From: an uncultured Saprospiraceae bacterium | GTDB lineage: Bacteria; Bacteroidota; Bacteroidia; Chitinophagales; Saprospiraceae | DNA length: 64,000 nucleotides | Assembly (NCBI GenBank): GCA_964489125.1 | Contig: CAZAXY010000005.1 | Coordinates: 4,535-68,534, forward strand | Direction of reading: 5' to 3' | In this document: positions 1-8,946 of the stretch, piece after piece | How the letters are laid out: every line of letters starts with the position of its first letter | Numbering within the stretch: the first letter of the stretch is position 1 | Position numbers and translations under genes: made by a program | The notes under the pieces: generated by a model | What the model was told of the DNA's origin: nothing | The model's input: the letters and a program-made list of their open reading frames with translations, nothing else | The model's database searches: none

Positions 1-1121
1 GGTTCTACTTTGGCTACAGGTGTTATCGATCCGATCTTACCAACCTGATACTCTACATCCAACAGGGTCGAAACAACTTGTTTTGCCTTAAACTTGAATG
101 CTATTGCCCATCTCGGATGATGTCCAGTAGAGCCACACAGGTTTTGAATTTTGGTACTATTAACTTTTATAACAGCACCGTCAATTTCGTAGGGATAGTC
201 ATCTCGGTTCTTCTCCCAAGATTGTACTCTACTAATGACTTTATCAATATTTTGACACAGTACTTCATCAAGATTATGGACTTTGAATCCCATCTCTTTT
301 AACAGTACCAGTTGATCAAAGTGGTTATCTATCTGATCTAATATATTTTGACCATCTGAACCATCGGCATGTCCCAGTTGAAAAGCAAAGACTTCCAATC
401 CTCGCTCTCTTGTATCATTGGGGTTTTTCATCCTAAGCCCGCCTGTGGCAGCATTACGAGGATTGGCAAATAATGTTTTCCCTTGAGCGGCTCGAGCAGC
501 ATTAACTTTATCGAATGTGCTACGGCGAATCACTGCTTCACCCCTTATTTCGGCGGTCTTAATGGATCTATCTGAAAACTTAGCTCTCAGCGGTATCGAC
601 GGCAGGGTCTTAAGATTAGTCGTAATCACTTCTCCCATCTGCCCGTTGCCACGAGTCGCGCCTCTATCAAACAGATCATCACGATAAATCATCGCCACGC
701 TACCTCCATCAAACTTTGGCTCCACACAATACTGGATATCTTCTTCCTCAGGTATTCCTGCAAGTTTCCTGATCTGCTCATCAAATTTCTTGAGATCGTC
801 TCCGTTGTAGGCATTATCAAGCGATAGCATTGAGACGATGTGAGGCACGGCATCCAGCTCTGGGTTGAGATCACTGGCAACTCTTTGGGTGGGGCTCTCT
901 GGTGAGACTAAATTTGGATTGGTTGACTCAATATTTTTTAATTGCAAAAACAGTTGATCGTACTCCTTGTCAGTTAATACTGGATCCGACTGGACGTAAT
1001 ATCTCCATTCATGATATCTCAATGCTTCCCGTATCTCCTCAATTTCATCAACCGATGCTTGAGATTTTAGCCACCCCTTGGACTGCTCATATATTTTCGC
1101 ACTTCGTTCTGAATTATACAT
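1..1121 (-). CDS. ligA: NAD-dependent DNA ligase LigA, N-terminal ~373 codons; the C-terminus lies beyond the window start
   Basis: The minus-strand frame is open from the window edge to ATG at 1121 (hand translation MYNSERSAKIYEQSKGW...). LigA motifs: adenylation site CVEPKFDGGS (KxDG), GATRGNGQMGE, IRGEAVI, YEIDGAVIKV, HHPRWAIAFKFKA. It is missing from the ORF track only because its stop is outside the window. Confidence 0.9.
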   Translation of the reverse strand, partial: MYNSERSAKIYEQSKGWLKSQASVDEIEEIREALRYHEWRYYVQSDPVLTDKEYDQLFLQLKNIESTNPNLVSPESPTQRVASDLNPELDAVPHIVSMLSLDNAYNGDDLKKFDEQIRKLAGIPEEEDIQYCVEPKFDGGSVAMIYRDDLFDRGATRGNGQMGEVITTNLKTLPSIPLRAKFSDRSIKTAEIRGEAVIRRSTFDKVNAARAAQGKTLFANPRNAATGGLRMKNPNDTRERGLEVFAFQLGHADGSDGQNILDQIDNHFDQLVLLKEMGFKVHNLDEVLCQNIDKVISRVQSWEKNRDDYPYEIDGAVIKVNSTKIQNLCGSTGHHPRWAIAFKFKAKQVVSTLLDVEYQVGKIGSITPVAKVE

Positions 1122-1133
1122 CTGATCAATTAG

Positions 1134-1742
1134 TTAGACAAAACTATACTCACGTACACAACCTGGAATTCCTCTGAAAATATCCTCTATTTCATCGATT
1201 TCTTTTTCGGCGTCGCCATTGGTATAATAATTAGGATGGATTTCGATCTTCTTCTGCTCGAAATCGAATGAGATAGGAATAATAGGAATCTTCGCTCCAT
1301 CAGCTATATAGTAGAACCCCGTTCTGAATTTTTCAACTCTCTTGCGGGTTCCCTCGGGCGTTATTAATATGGTGCGCTTCTCCGCCTGCTTATAATCTGC
1401 AATGACGCTATCCACAAAATTAGTATTGCCACTACGATCTATAGGAATGGCATTTGTTAGTGGTAATATGTACTTAAGCATTCCCTTAAACATTTCCTTT
1501 TTTACATAATACTGAGCATCCATCTTAAGCCAGAACTTTACCAATAAACCAAGTGGCACATCCCAAGAAGAAGTATGTGGTGCAACGATGATTATTTTTT
1601 TGGGTATCTCATGGGGATAGGTGCCGACTACCTTCCATCCGATCAGATGATATACCCATTTGCAGATCAAACTAAACATGGTGCTTAAAAAAATTAGTGC
1701 TAAGGGCAAAAATAGAATTAAACCTTTTAGGCTGTGAGCCAT
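1134..1742 (-). CDS. Lysophospholipid (1-acyl-sn-glycerol-3-phosphate) acyltransferase family protein
   Basis: 202 aa. HX4D motif (APHTSSWDVP), PEGTR motif (ITPEGTRKR) and an N-terminal TM helix. Confidence 0.8.
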   Translation of the reverse strand: MAHSLKGLILFLPLALIFLSTMFSLICKWVYHLIGWKVVGTYPHEIPKKIIIVAPHTSSWDVPLGLLVKFWLKMDAQYYVKKEMFKGMLKYILPLTNAIPIDRSGNTNFVDSVIADYKQAEKRTILITPEGTRKRVEKFRTGFYYIADGAKIPIIPISFDFEQKKIEIHPNYYTNGDAEKEIDEIEDIFRGIPGCVREYSFV

Positions 1743-1820
1743 CTAATAGGCGAATAGGTTTGACTAACTTATTGATTTATAAAAGCAATAAGCACGGAAG
1801 TAGATGATAACATAAAAGCG

Positions 1821-2342
1821 TTGCTGAGCAGGGAATCTACTCGAGAGCAGGGATTCAAGTTGTTAGTTGACACCTATGGTGAGCGATTGTATGGGCTAAT
1901 ATATAATATGGTCAAGACGCACAGTCGATGTGATGATATCTTACAAGAGTCACTTATTAAGGTCTACCAGAATCTGGATAAATACCGAGGTGACTCTAAG
2001 CTATATACTTGGATATATCGCATCACTGTAAATGAGACGCTGCGAGATCTTAAGAAGAATAGGATTCAGTCCTTGAGCCCTGATGATATTGCTAGAAAGC
2101 TGAGTCCAGTACCAGCTGAGTCGGAACTCAGCTCTGAACAGATTGAACAAACACTATCAATAGCTATGGATACATTGCCTCCTAAGCAACGGATGGTGTT
2201 TAGCCTCAGATATTATGAGGAAATGAAATATGGAGATATGTCCGTCGTGCTCGCTACAAGTGAAGGTGCATTGAAGGCGGCATATCACCATGCTGTAAAA
2301 AAGATCGAACACTACATATCTACATATGGAGTACAAGGATAA
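1821..2342 (+). CDS. ECF-type RNA polymerase sigma-70 factor
   Basis: 173 aa with a TTG start. Sigma region 2 (DILQESLIKVY, YTWIYRITVNE) and region 4 HTH (LPPKQRMVFSLRYYEEMKYGDMS). Confidence 0.85.
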   Translation: MLSRESTREQGFKLLVDTYGERLYGLIYNMVKTHSRCDDILQESLIKVYQNLDKYRGDSKLYTWIYRITVNETLRDLKKNRIQSLSPDDIARKLSPVPAESELSSEQIEQTLSIAMDTLPPKQRMVFSLRYYEEMKYGDMSVVLATSEGALKAAYHHAVKKIEHYISTYGVQG

Positions 2343-2772
2343 ACATGAGAACATAACGGGAGAGCTGAGAGAGTTAGATGCTCAGTTCTTGTTGAAGCTT
2401 CACGATCACAAGGATCGAACAATACCTTCGCCAAGCTATGTTAGTGAATTGTATAATACCGTAAGCTCTAATAGGCATGCGGCGATCGTACCGCTATGGC
2501 GACGGCCCAGAGCATGGGCAGCAACGGGCATCCTATTATTAGCGATCAGCAGTATATATCTGATAGGAAGCAATAAGGAACTTACTCTAGACCAGATAAG
2601 CGAGGCAGATGTATATGCATATATCATGGACCTTGAGGACATAGGTAGTGACGACCTATTATATACCAATGACATCACAGATACTGGCCTTGAGATTCTT
2701 GACCAGTCTATACTAGACTATCTGGATGATCATATTGAAGACATTGACATAATAGAATTAAACTCATATTAA
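2326..2772 (+). CDS. Putative anti-sigma factor (single-pass membrane protein)
   Basis: Overlaps the sigma gene by 17 nt. One TM helix (WAATGILLLAISSIYLIG) and an acidic C-terminal tail. The call rests on position only. Confidence 0.45.
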   Translation: MEYKDKHENITGELRELDAQFLLKLHDHKDRTIPSPSYVSELYNTVSSNRHAAIVPLWRRPRAWAATGILLLAISSIYLIGSNKELTLDQISEADVYAYIMDLEDIGSDDLLYTNDITDTGLEILDQSILDYLDDHIEDIDIIELNSY

Positions 2773-2778
2773 AAGAAG

Positions 2779-3189
2779 ATGAAGCAACTTATAATAATCA
2801 TATTGCTCACTGCACTATCAATAAGTGCCTCGGCACAGAAAGATCGCAAGAAAATCGAATCGCTTAGAATAGCTCACTTGACTAGCGAATTAGATCTATC
2901 GAGTGAAGAGGGTCAGATATTTTGGCCCATATTCAATACCTATGAAGCTTCTAGGCATAATCTCCGTGACGAAAAACGAGCACTTGTCAGACAACCAAAA
3001 GAAGGAGTCAATGTGATTAATGAGCTCATCAGAATTGAAGAGGCCAATTATCTCCTATTCAAACAGTATTTGACTGACTTAAGAGAGGTATTATCAGAGG
3101 ATCAGATTCTAGCTCTTCTTAGTGCTGATAAGAAATTTAAAGAACGATTAATCAAAAGATTGCGTTCTGATCGAGCTGGAAAGAATTGA
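2779..3189 (+). CDS. Secreted helical protein, third gene of the ECF operon (Spy/CpxP-like periplasmic protein?)
   Basis: Signal peptide MKQLIIIILLTALSISASA. Charged, helical composition. Lies 7 nt after the anti-sigma candidate. Confidence 0.5.
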   Translation: MKQLIIIILLTALSISASAQKDRKKIESLRIAHLTSELDLSSEEGQIFWPIFNTYEASRHNLRDEKRALVRQPKEGVNVINELIRIEEANYLLFKQYLTDLREVLSEDQILALLSADKKFKERLIKRLRSDRAGKN

Positions 3190-3434
3190 TCTGTCGCATC
3201 CATTTCTTTTAATCATTATATATTTCTGAATGACTCTTAGTGCATTAAGAAATTGGTTTCAATATATCTTGAATTTAGCAATGTATAAATTGCTGAACAT
3301 GTGTAACATGTGATATAATTTAATACGTCAATTCTTTTTTGGATTGTGGAAAAAAAACATTGTCAGAAAATTTTGAGACTTCTCTATTTAGTTATCTTCG
3401 CCTCGGATATAATCCCAGACATAGTTAAAAAAGA

Positions 3435-4844
3435 ATGGATAGTAGAATTAAACTGTCTCATAGTATTTTGGGTCTAATAGCGGAGTATGAACACTCTCTT
3501 GAAGATGGCAAGCGACTATATCTCGATGATAAGGAATACCTCCGCATCATATCATATTACCAAGAAGACTTAGATCTTGACAGCGCTATTGTCGCTGCTG
3601 ATAACGCTATTAAGCAATACAGCTACCGATCCGATTTCAGAACTCTCAAGATCAAATTATTAATCAATAAGGGTCTGCTTGATCATGCCTTGGATGCAAT
3701 CGGAATGGCGGAGATCGTCTCTCCTAATGAGGTTGACTTGAATTTGTTAAAAATCAATGTTTTCATCCTTCAAAAGAGATACGATCAAGCAAGTAGTCTC
3801 ATAGAAGAACTTAAGAAGAATTGTAATCCAAGTGATTTGCAAGATGTATATGTAGCTGAAGCATACTATTGCGAGAGTCTACAGGAATATTACCAAATGT
3901 TCCAAATCTTGAAAAAGGCGCTCATATTAAATCCTAATAATGAGGAAGCCCTTATTCTTATGAATGAGAGTGTCAACCAAAGCAAAAACTTTGAAGAGAG
4001 CATCCTCTTGCATAAGGTTATAGTAGATAATCATCCATATAATCATCTTGCTTGGTACAACTTAGCTAGTTCCTTTGCTTGTGTAGGAGAGTATGCCAAA
4101 GCTATCGAGGCATCGGAGTATAGCTTTATCATCAATCCTGGATTTCAACAGGGTTACTATGATTGCGCCGAGTACTTAGTAGAGAAAAATCATCACAAGA
4201 AAGCATTAGAGATTTATCAAGAAGCACTGGCTGTTTTTGGTCCAGAGCTCGACTTACTGATGAATATTGCTCACTGCGAATACAAATTGCTCTTAGTAGA
4301 TCAAGCTAAAAGAACCCTCTTTGAGGTGCTCGAAATAGATAACTATAGTGATGAAGCACTCTATCTACTAGCCAAATGTTATATCAAAAATCAAGACTAC
4401 AATAGTGCCGTTAAGATATTGAGAAAAGCGATTTCAATAGAAAATGGCATTGAAGAATATTTCGATGCGCTTGGCAGGGCTTATCATAAGCTTAATGATG
4501 TAGATAGAGCAAGCTACTACTACAATCGGGCCGCTGAACAGGGCTTAGAAGTTTCTAAGTATTGGGAAAATTACATACTCTTCTTAATGGAACAAGAAAA
4601 GTATGATGAGGCGGAAAAAATCATTAAGCGGGCAGATAGCTATACTTTCAGCTATCGACTACAGTATCTAAATGCATCATGTCAGATACTTCTCGGTAAT
4701 GTGGAGCACGGTATGGATCTATTAAAAGATGCCTTGATAGAAGAGTTCGAAGAGCATCATATCCTGTTTGATCTACCTACGATGATTATTGAAAATCCAA
4801 TCATTCTGTCGATGATAAACTACTACGAAAAAGAAAGTATCTAA
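3435..4844 (+). CDS. Tetratricopeptide-repeat protein
   Basis: 469 aa with repeated 34-residue A/Y/L patterns (e.g. AWYNLASSFACVGEYAKAIEASEYSFIINP, ALYLLAKCYIKNQDYNSAVKILRKAISI). Confidence 0.7.
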   Translation: MDSRIKLSHSILGLIAEYEHSLEDGKRLYLDDKEYLRIISYYQEDLDLDSAIVAADNAIKQYSYRSDFRTLKIKLLINKGLLDHALDAIGMAEIVSPNEVDLNLLKINVFILQKRYDQASSLIEELKKNCNPSDLQDVYVAEAYYCESLQEYYQMFQILKKALILNPNNEEALILMNESVNQSKNFEESILLHKVIVDNHPYNHLAWYNLASSFACVGEYAKAIEASEYSFIINPGFQQGYYDCAEYLVEKNHHKKALEIYQEALAVFGPELDLLMNIAHCEYKLLLVDQAKRTLFEVLEIDNYSDEALYLLAKCYIKNQDYNSAVKILRKAISIENGIEEYFDALGRAYHKLNDVDRASYYYNRAAEQGLEVSKYWENYILFLMEQEKYDEAEKIIKRADSYTFSYRLQYLNASCQILLGNVEHGMDLLKDALIEEFEEHHILFDLPTMIIENPIILSMINYYEKESI

Positions 4845-4876
4845 GAATTATACTCAATTCAATAACCAGAACTGAG

Positions 4877-4906
4877 AGGCTGCTTTATTAAAAGCAGCCT
4901 TTTTTA
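4877..4906 (+). terminator. Rho-independent terminator after the TPR gene
   Basis: aggctgcttt / atta / aaagcagcct forms a perfect 10 bp stem followed by TTTTT. Confidence 0.8.
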
Positions 4907-5000
4907 TGAATAGCTCCATTGTTTTGTTTGCAATACCTCAATTGATTCCGTAACTCTCCGTTTTACAGGAATTACCCTTGAGTTCGAATAAAGTTTCCTA

Positions 5001-5744
5001 TCACAACAAATGTTGAGCTGCCAACGCAGCGCCAACTATCCCTGCATTGTTCTGCATCGAGGCTATATGCACTTTATCCTTGAGTTCTATGTGCTTGAGA
5101 AATTTCTCATGTTTCTTGCTCACTCCTCCACCAAGCAATATGCGATCAGGATTTAAGAGTTTATCCACGTGGTTAATATAGCTATTAAGCCTGTCGCCCC
5201 ATTCGTCCCAATCCAGATCGAGTCGTTTACGAGCGCCATTTGAGGCATATTTTTCCCAAATAGAATCTTTATAAGACAAATGGCCAAGCTCTGTATTTGG
5301 CACTAATTTCCCATCCAAGAATAGCCCTGAGCCTATACCCGTACCAAGAGTGAGCATCAGCGTTGTTCCAGTCTTGTGTGTCTTATCACCATAGCATACC
5401 TCGGCCAGTCCCGCAGCATCTGCATCATTAATATATGCACCATCATTGCCCACATATTCTAAGAAGAAATCCCTGAGATTTACCCCCAACCAAGATTTAT
5501 CAATATTAGAGGCGGAATGAATAACATTCTGCTTAACTATAGATGGAAATCCACAACCGATGACTTTGCCTTGCCAGTCAAAATCATCCATCAGTTGATT
5601 AAGAACCACGGCCACAGATTTTAATGTTGATGGCTGTGGTGTTGCATACTTAATCTTCTCCTTAGTGAATTCTCCAGTTTCTAACTCTACCAGTGCTGCC
5701 TTAATACCAGTACCACCAATATCTAGACCCAATATCTCCGCCAT
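5001..5744 (-). CDS. ppgK: ROK-family polyphosphate glucokinase
   Basis: 247 aa. N-terminal ATP-binding LGLDIGGTGIKAALV, and ROK-like GTGIGSGLF and LLGGGVS motifs. The size is typical of PpgK. Confidence 0.7.
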   Translation of the reverse strand: MAEILGLDIGGTGIKAALVELETGEFTKEKIKYATPQPSTLKSVAVVLNQLMDDFDWQGKVIGCGFPSIVKQNVIHSASNIDKSWLGVNLRDFFLEYVGNDGAYINDADAAGLAEVCYGDKTHKTGTTLMLTLGTGIGSGLFLDGKLVPNTELGHLSYKDSIWEKYASNGARKRLDLDWDEWGDRLNSYINHVDKLLNPDRILLGGGVSKKHEKFLKHIELKDKVHIASMQNNAGIVGAALAAQHLL

Positions 5745-5764
5745 ACCTTTTTTACTTGATGCAA

Positions 5765-6661
5765 TTATTTGATAACAGTGATCTTCATTGATACGTCCGT
5801 ACGTGGTCTATCACCACGATTAGTAGGTGTAGATGCAATAGCATCGATGACGTCGAGCCCCTCAATGACCTGACCAAAAACTGTGTACTGCTGATCTAAG
5901 AATGGCGTACCACCATCTCTTAAATAAAGGTTTTTAACACCCTCGGGATACTTAATTTCATACCTCAGCTCATTTTGCGTAAGCTGAGCCTCTGATACCC
6001 CCTTACCGTCCACGATATAGAATTGGGAGCCACTAGATTTTTTTTCAGGATTGACAGCATCTCCCTGACGAGCGGCGGCAAGAGCTCCTTTTATATGTCC
6101 TATGTTAGGTCTAATCTCCGCATCAAGTGTATATCCTGGTCCACCGGTACCAAGAGATTGATTTGGCGCTGCTCCACGACTCTCCGGGTCACCACCTTGT
6201 AGCATAAATCCGTTAATAACCCTGTGAAAAAGTAAGCCATCATAGTAACCTGACTCAGCGAGTTTTATGAAGTTGTCTCTATGTACTGGTGTCTCATCAA
6301 ACAACTGCACCATCATATTGCCCAATTCTGTCTCAATTAGCACCAAGCATTTCTCAGGTGCTACTACTGCTACGCTCCTAGTAAGTTCTTTGACCTTTGT
6401 TCCTTTCAATCCCTTGAGGGTAACATCATAACTCCCAGATAGCAAATATTTGTGACTGGCTACGCTATCAGAAATCAATTCTTCGTCCCCAAAATCCCAC
6501 CAATAAGTATCAAATCCTTCAGACTTATTGATGAAGGTATAGCTTGCTGGAGCTTTATTATCTGTTGGCGCCTGAATGACAAAATCTAAGGTCTTCTTTG
6601 AGCATGACGTCATTAATATGACCACAAGGCACCCTATCAATACTTTTCTCATTTCTATCAT
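5765..6661 (-). CDS. Lipoprotein peptidyl-prolyl isomerase: N-terminal PKD-like domain fused to a cyclophilin domain
   Basis: Lipobox LMTSC. PKD signature WWDFGDEE...HKYLLSGSYDVTL. Cyclophilin FHRVINGFMLQGGDP and SGSQFYIV. Confidence 0.85.
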   Translation of the reverse strand: MIEMRKVLIGCLVVILMTSCSKKTLDFVIQAPTDNKAPASYTFINKSEGFDTYWWDFGDEELISDSVASHKYLLSGSYDVTLKGLKGTKVKELTRSVAVVAPEKCLVLIETELGNMMVQLFDETPVHRDNFIKLAESGYYDGLLFHRVINGFMLQGGDPESRGAAPNQSLGTGGPGYTLDAEIRPNIGHIKGALAAARQGDAVNPEKKSSGSQFYIVDGKGVSEAQLTQNELRYEIKYPEGVKNLYLRDGGTPFLDQQYTVFGQVIEGLDVIDAIASTPTNRGDRPRTDVSMKITVIK

Positions 6662-7314
6662 TAATTCAACATTTTAATCGTCATTTTCACATCAGACACA
6701 GGTCTGTCAGCACCGTCTCGCTGTACCTCGGCAATCTTATCTATTACTTCAAAACCATCTACCACCTGTCCAAAGACTGTATATTCTGCATCCAGATCTG
6801 GTCTGCCTCCAACACTGATATACTTTTCTATTTGAGCTTCATTGTACTGGATTCCCTTTCGCTGAGCCCACTGATCAAGAGATTGCTGCGTCTGCTGCTG
6901 TCCTTGAATGACATAAAATTGGGATCCACTCGATCTTTTATCAGGGTTAGAAGGTCCTCCAGTTCGTGCTGCTGCAAGAGTACCTCTAAAGTGAGGCGCT
7001 CCAATCTCAGCTTCAATTGTATATCCGGGCCCTCCAGTACCAAGTCGCTGTCCTGGCGCTGCATTCTTACTATTAGGATCACCACCTTGAATCATGAAGG
7101 TCGGTATGACTCTGTGAAACAGCAAGTCATCATAGTAGCCATCCTTAACGTGTTTTATAAAATTCGCTTTATGGATCGGAGTACTATTGTAAAGCTCAAC
7201 AGTCATGTTGCCAAATTCCGTCTTGATAACTGCCTTTTTTACTGAATCCCCTCCACAACTCAATAGAGCCATTATAATAAGAGTGAGTAATCCGGTTTTT
7301 AGTAATCCTTTCAT
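6661..7314 (-). CDS. Cyclophilin-type peptidyl-prolyl isomerase lipoprotein
   Basis: Lipobox ALLSC, FHRVIPTFMIQGGDP and SGSQFYVI. Its stop overlaps the downstream paralog start by 1 nt (TAATG). Confidence 0.9.
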   Translation of the reverse strand: MKGLLKTGLLTLIIMALLSCGGDSVKKAVIKTEFGNMTVELYNSTPIHKANFIKHVKDGYYDDLLFHRVIPTFMIQGGDPNSKNAAPGQRLGTGGPGYTIEAEIGAPHFRGTLAAARTGGPSNPDKRSSGSQFYVIQGQQQTQQSLDQWAQRKGIQYNEAQIEKYISVGGRPDLDAEYTVFGQVVDGFEVIDKIAEVQRDGADRPVSDVKMTIKMLN

Positions 7315-7319
7315 AATGT

Positions 7320-7670
7320 TTAATTTTCGACGTATGACTTGAAATATTGTATCACTAAATTTTTTAAAAAAGTTTCCTGAGCATTTACTCCTTCGACAGG
7401 AAGGACACGAACTTGTTTATAATGTGGCCAACCATCTTCATCTTGGCCTACAAAATCAAAATATCCATCTAAGCTCAGCAGATGGCATGTTGCAACATGC
7501 ATCAAATCTTGTTTTTCCTCCTTTGTAAGATTTTTCTTCAGTAGATTGACCTCCTGAATCCCGATCAAATACAAAATGGAGTTAAGGTCTGGCAACTCAC
7601 TACGATCAAATCTATCTTTAATAAAGTGCCTAATTCTAAGCCACTCAAAGTCTAGTTTCCAATCCTCCAT
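7320..7670 (-). CDS. Hypothetical cytoplasmic protein (116 aa)
   Basis: Intact ORF tightly packed in the same-strand array. No motif recognised. Confidence 0.5.
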   Translation of the reverse strand: MEDWKLDFEWLRIRHFIKDRFDRSELPDLNSILYLIGIQEVNLLKKNLTKEEKQDLMHVATCHLLSLDGYFDFVGQDEDGWPHYKQVRVLPVEGVNAQETFLKNLVIQYFKSYVEN

Positions 7671-7697
7671 AACAAGACCGCAAATATAATCGAATGA

Positions 7698-8915
7698 TTA
7701 TTCATACCTAACTTGTGCACTTACACGACTCGCTCGAGATGCCGCTGGGATTGAGGCGAGATATCCAAGCACTAATACTGTCACCAGAACTACCACTACA
7801 TCAAAAAACCTCATCTCTATAGGATAGCTAGTGATAGCAAATCCTTCTGGCACACCAATTAAATCATATTGCTTCTGTAAGACATAGAATAGTGTCGCAC
7901 CGGCGAATCCAATTAAAAAACCAATAGCGCTAATCAACAAACCTTCATAATGAAATATTCGCTTGACGAATGACTTCTGTCCTCCGAAAGATTGCAATAC
8001 ACTGATGTCTTTCTTCTTCTCTAATACGATCATCCAAAGACAACCTATTACATTGAACGTGATCAATATCAACACAAAGCCAAGTATGAGATATGATGTC
8101 CATTTCTCAACCTTCATGATCCTAAGATTTGACTTATCCTGTTCAAAGCGATTTAAGACTTCATAATCATCTCCTACTAGCCCACGTATTTCACTTAGGA
8201 CCGATGACTCATTGGCACTGTCTGTCATTTTTATCTCTATTGCAGATATCTGCCCATACAAATCGAGCAAGGCACTTACTACTTCATATGACGTGATAAC
8301 GTACTGATTATCTCGTTCATTCTTAATCGAAAACACCCCACGACCAAGTAGAGGTCGAGATTTGAAGTCCTTATCAAAAATCTTCTTGTTGCGCTTAAGC
8401 ACATGCGCCATAATAGGGGTGAATGGATTGTCAAGTGATACATTGAGCTTATTGCTTACTCCTTGTCCCAACACCGCATGACTTCCATATTCTGATGGGC
8501 TAAAGTCCAAGTCACCCCCAACCATAGAGGGCTGTAAATTGATCACATCGTTGTGATATTCGTCCACTCCCTTGATGATACCGACATGCTGTTTATCTCC
8601 ATATTCCAGAAAGACCACCTCCTCTAATGTCTTGGTGAAAACTGCTACCCCGTCGATATCTTCGAGTTGAGATATCCAATTCTCATTACTATAAAAAAAC
8701 TTTCCTTCAGCTGGGATAATCTTAATATCTGGATTGAACGTATCCAAATAGCTCCTCGTGACTTGCTCAAATCCGTTGAGCACAGACATAATAATAATGA
8801 GTGCAGCAGTACCTATAGCGATACCCAATACGGATATGCCTGTAATGACATTAATGGCATTAGTGGATTTCTTACCAAAAAGATATCTATAAGCTATGCT
8901 AAGCGATAAGGGCAT
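7698..8915 (-). CDS. FtsX-like ABC transporter permease (LolC/LolE-type lipoprotein release)
   Basis: 405 aa. N-terminus SIAYRYLFGKKSTNAINVITGISVLGIAIGTAALIIIMSVLNGF, a large periplasmic loop, then three C-terminal TM helices. Confidence 0.8.
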   Translation of the reverse strand: MPLSLSIAYRYLFGKKSTNAINVITGISVLGIAIGTAALIIIMSVLNGFEQVTRSYLDTFNPDIKIIPAEGKFFYSNENWISQLEDIDGVAVFTKTLEEVVFLEYGDKQHVGIIKGVDEYHNDVINLQPSMVGGDLDFSPSEYGSHAVLGQGVSNKLNVSLDNPFTPIMAHVLKRNKKIFDKDFKSRPLLGRGVFSIKNERDNQYVITSYEVVSALLDLYGQISAIEIKMTDSANESSVLSEIRGLVGDDYEVLNRFEQDKSNLRIMKVEKWTSYLILGFVLILITFNVIGCLWMIVLEKKKDISVLQSFGGQKSFVKRIFHYEGLLISAIGFLIGFAGATLFYVLQKQYDLIGVPEGFAITSYPIEMRFFDVVVVLVTVLVLGYLASIPAASRASRVSAQVRYE

Positions 8916-8946
8916 ATGATGATTAAGCCCTCAAGTTATCACATCT

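Noticed and set aside
78-1177. ORFs 78-302 (+), 689-880 (-) and 902-1177 (+) listed in the track at the window start.
   Set aside because: The region is fully explained by the partial ligA gene on the minus strand. The 689-880 minus ORF is out of frame with it.
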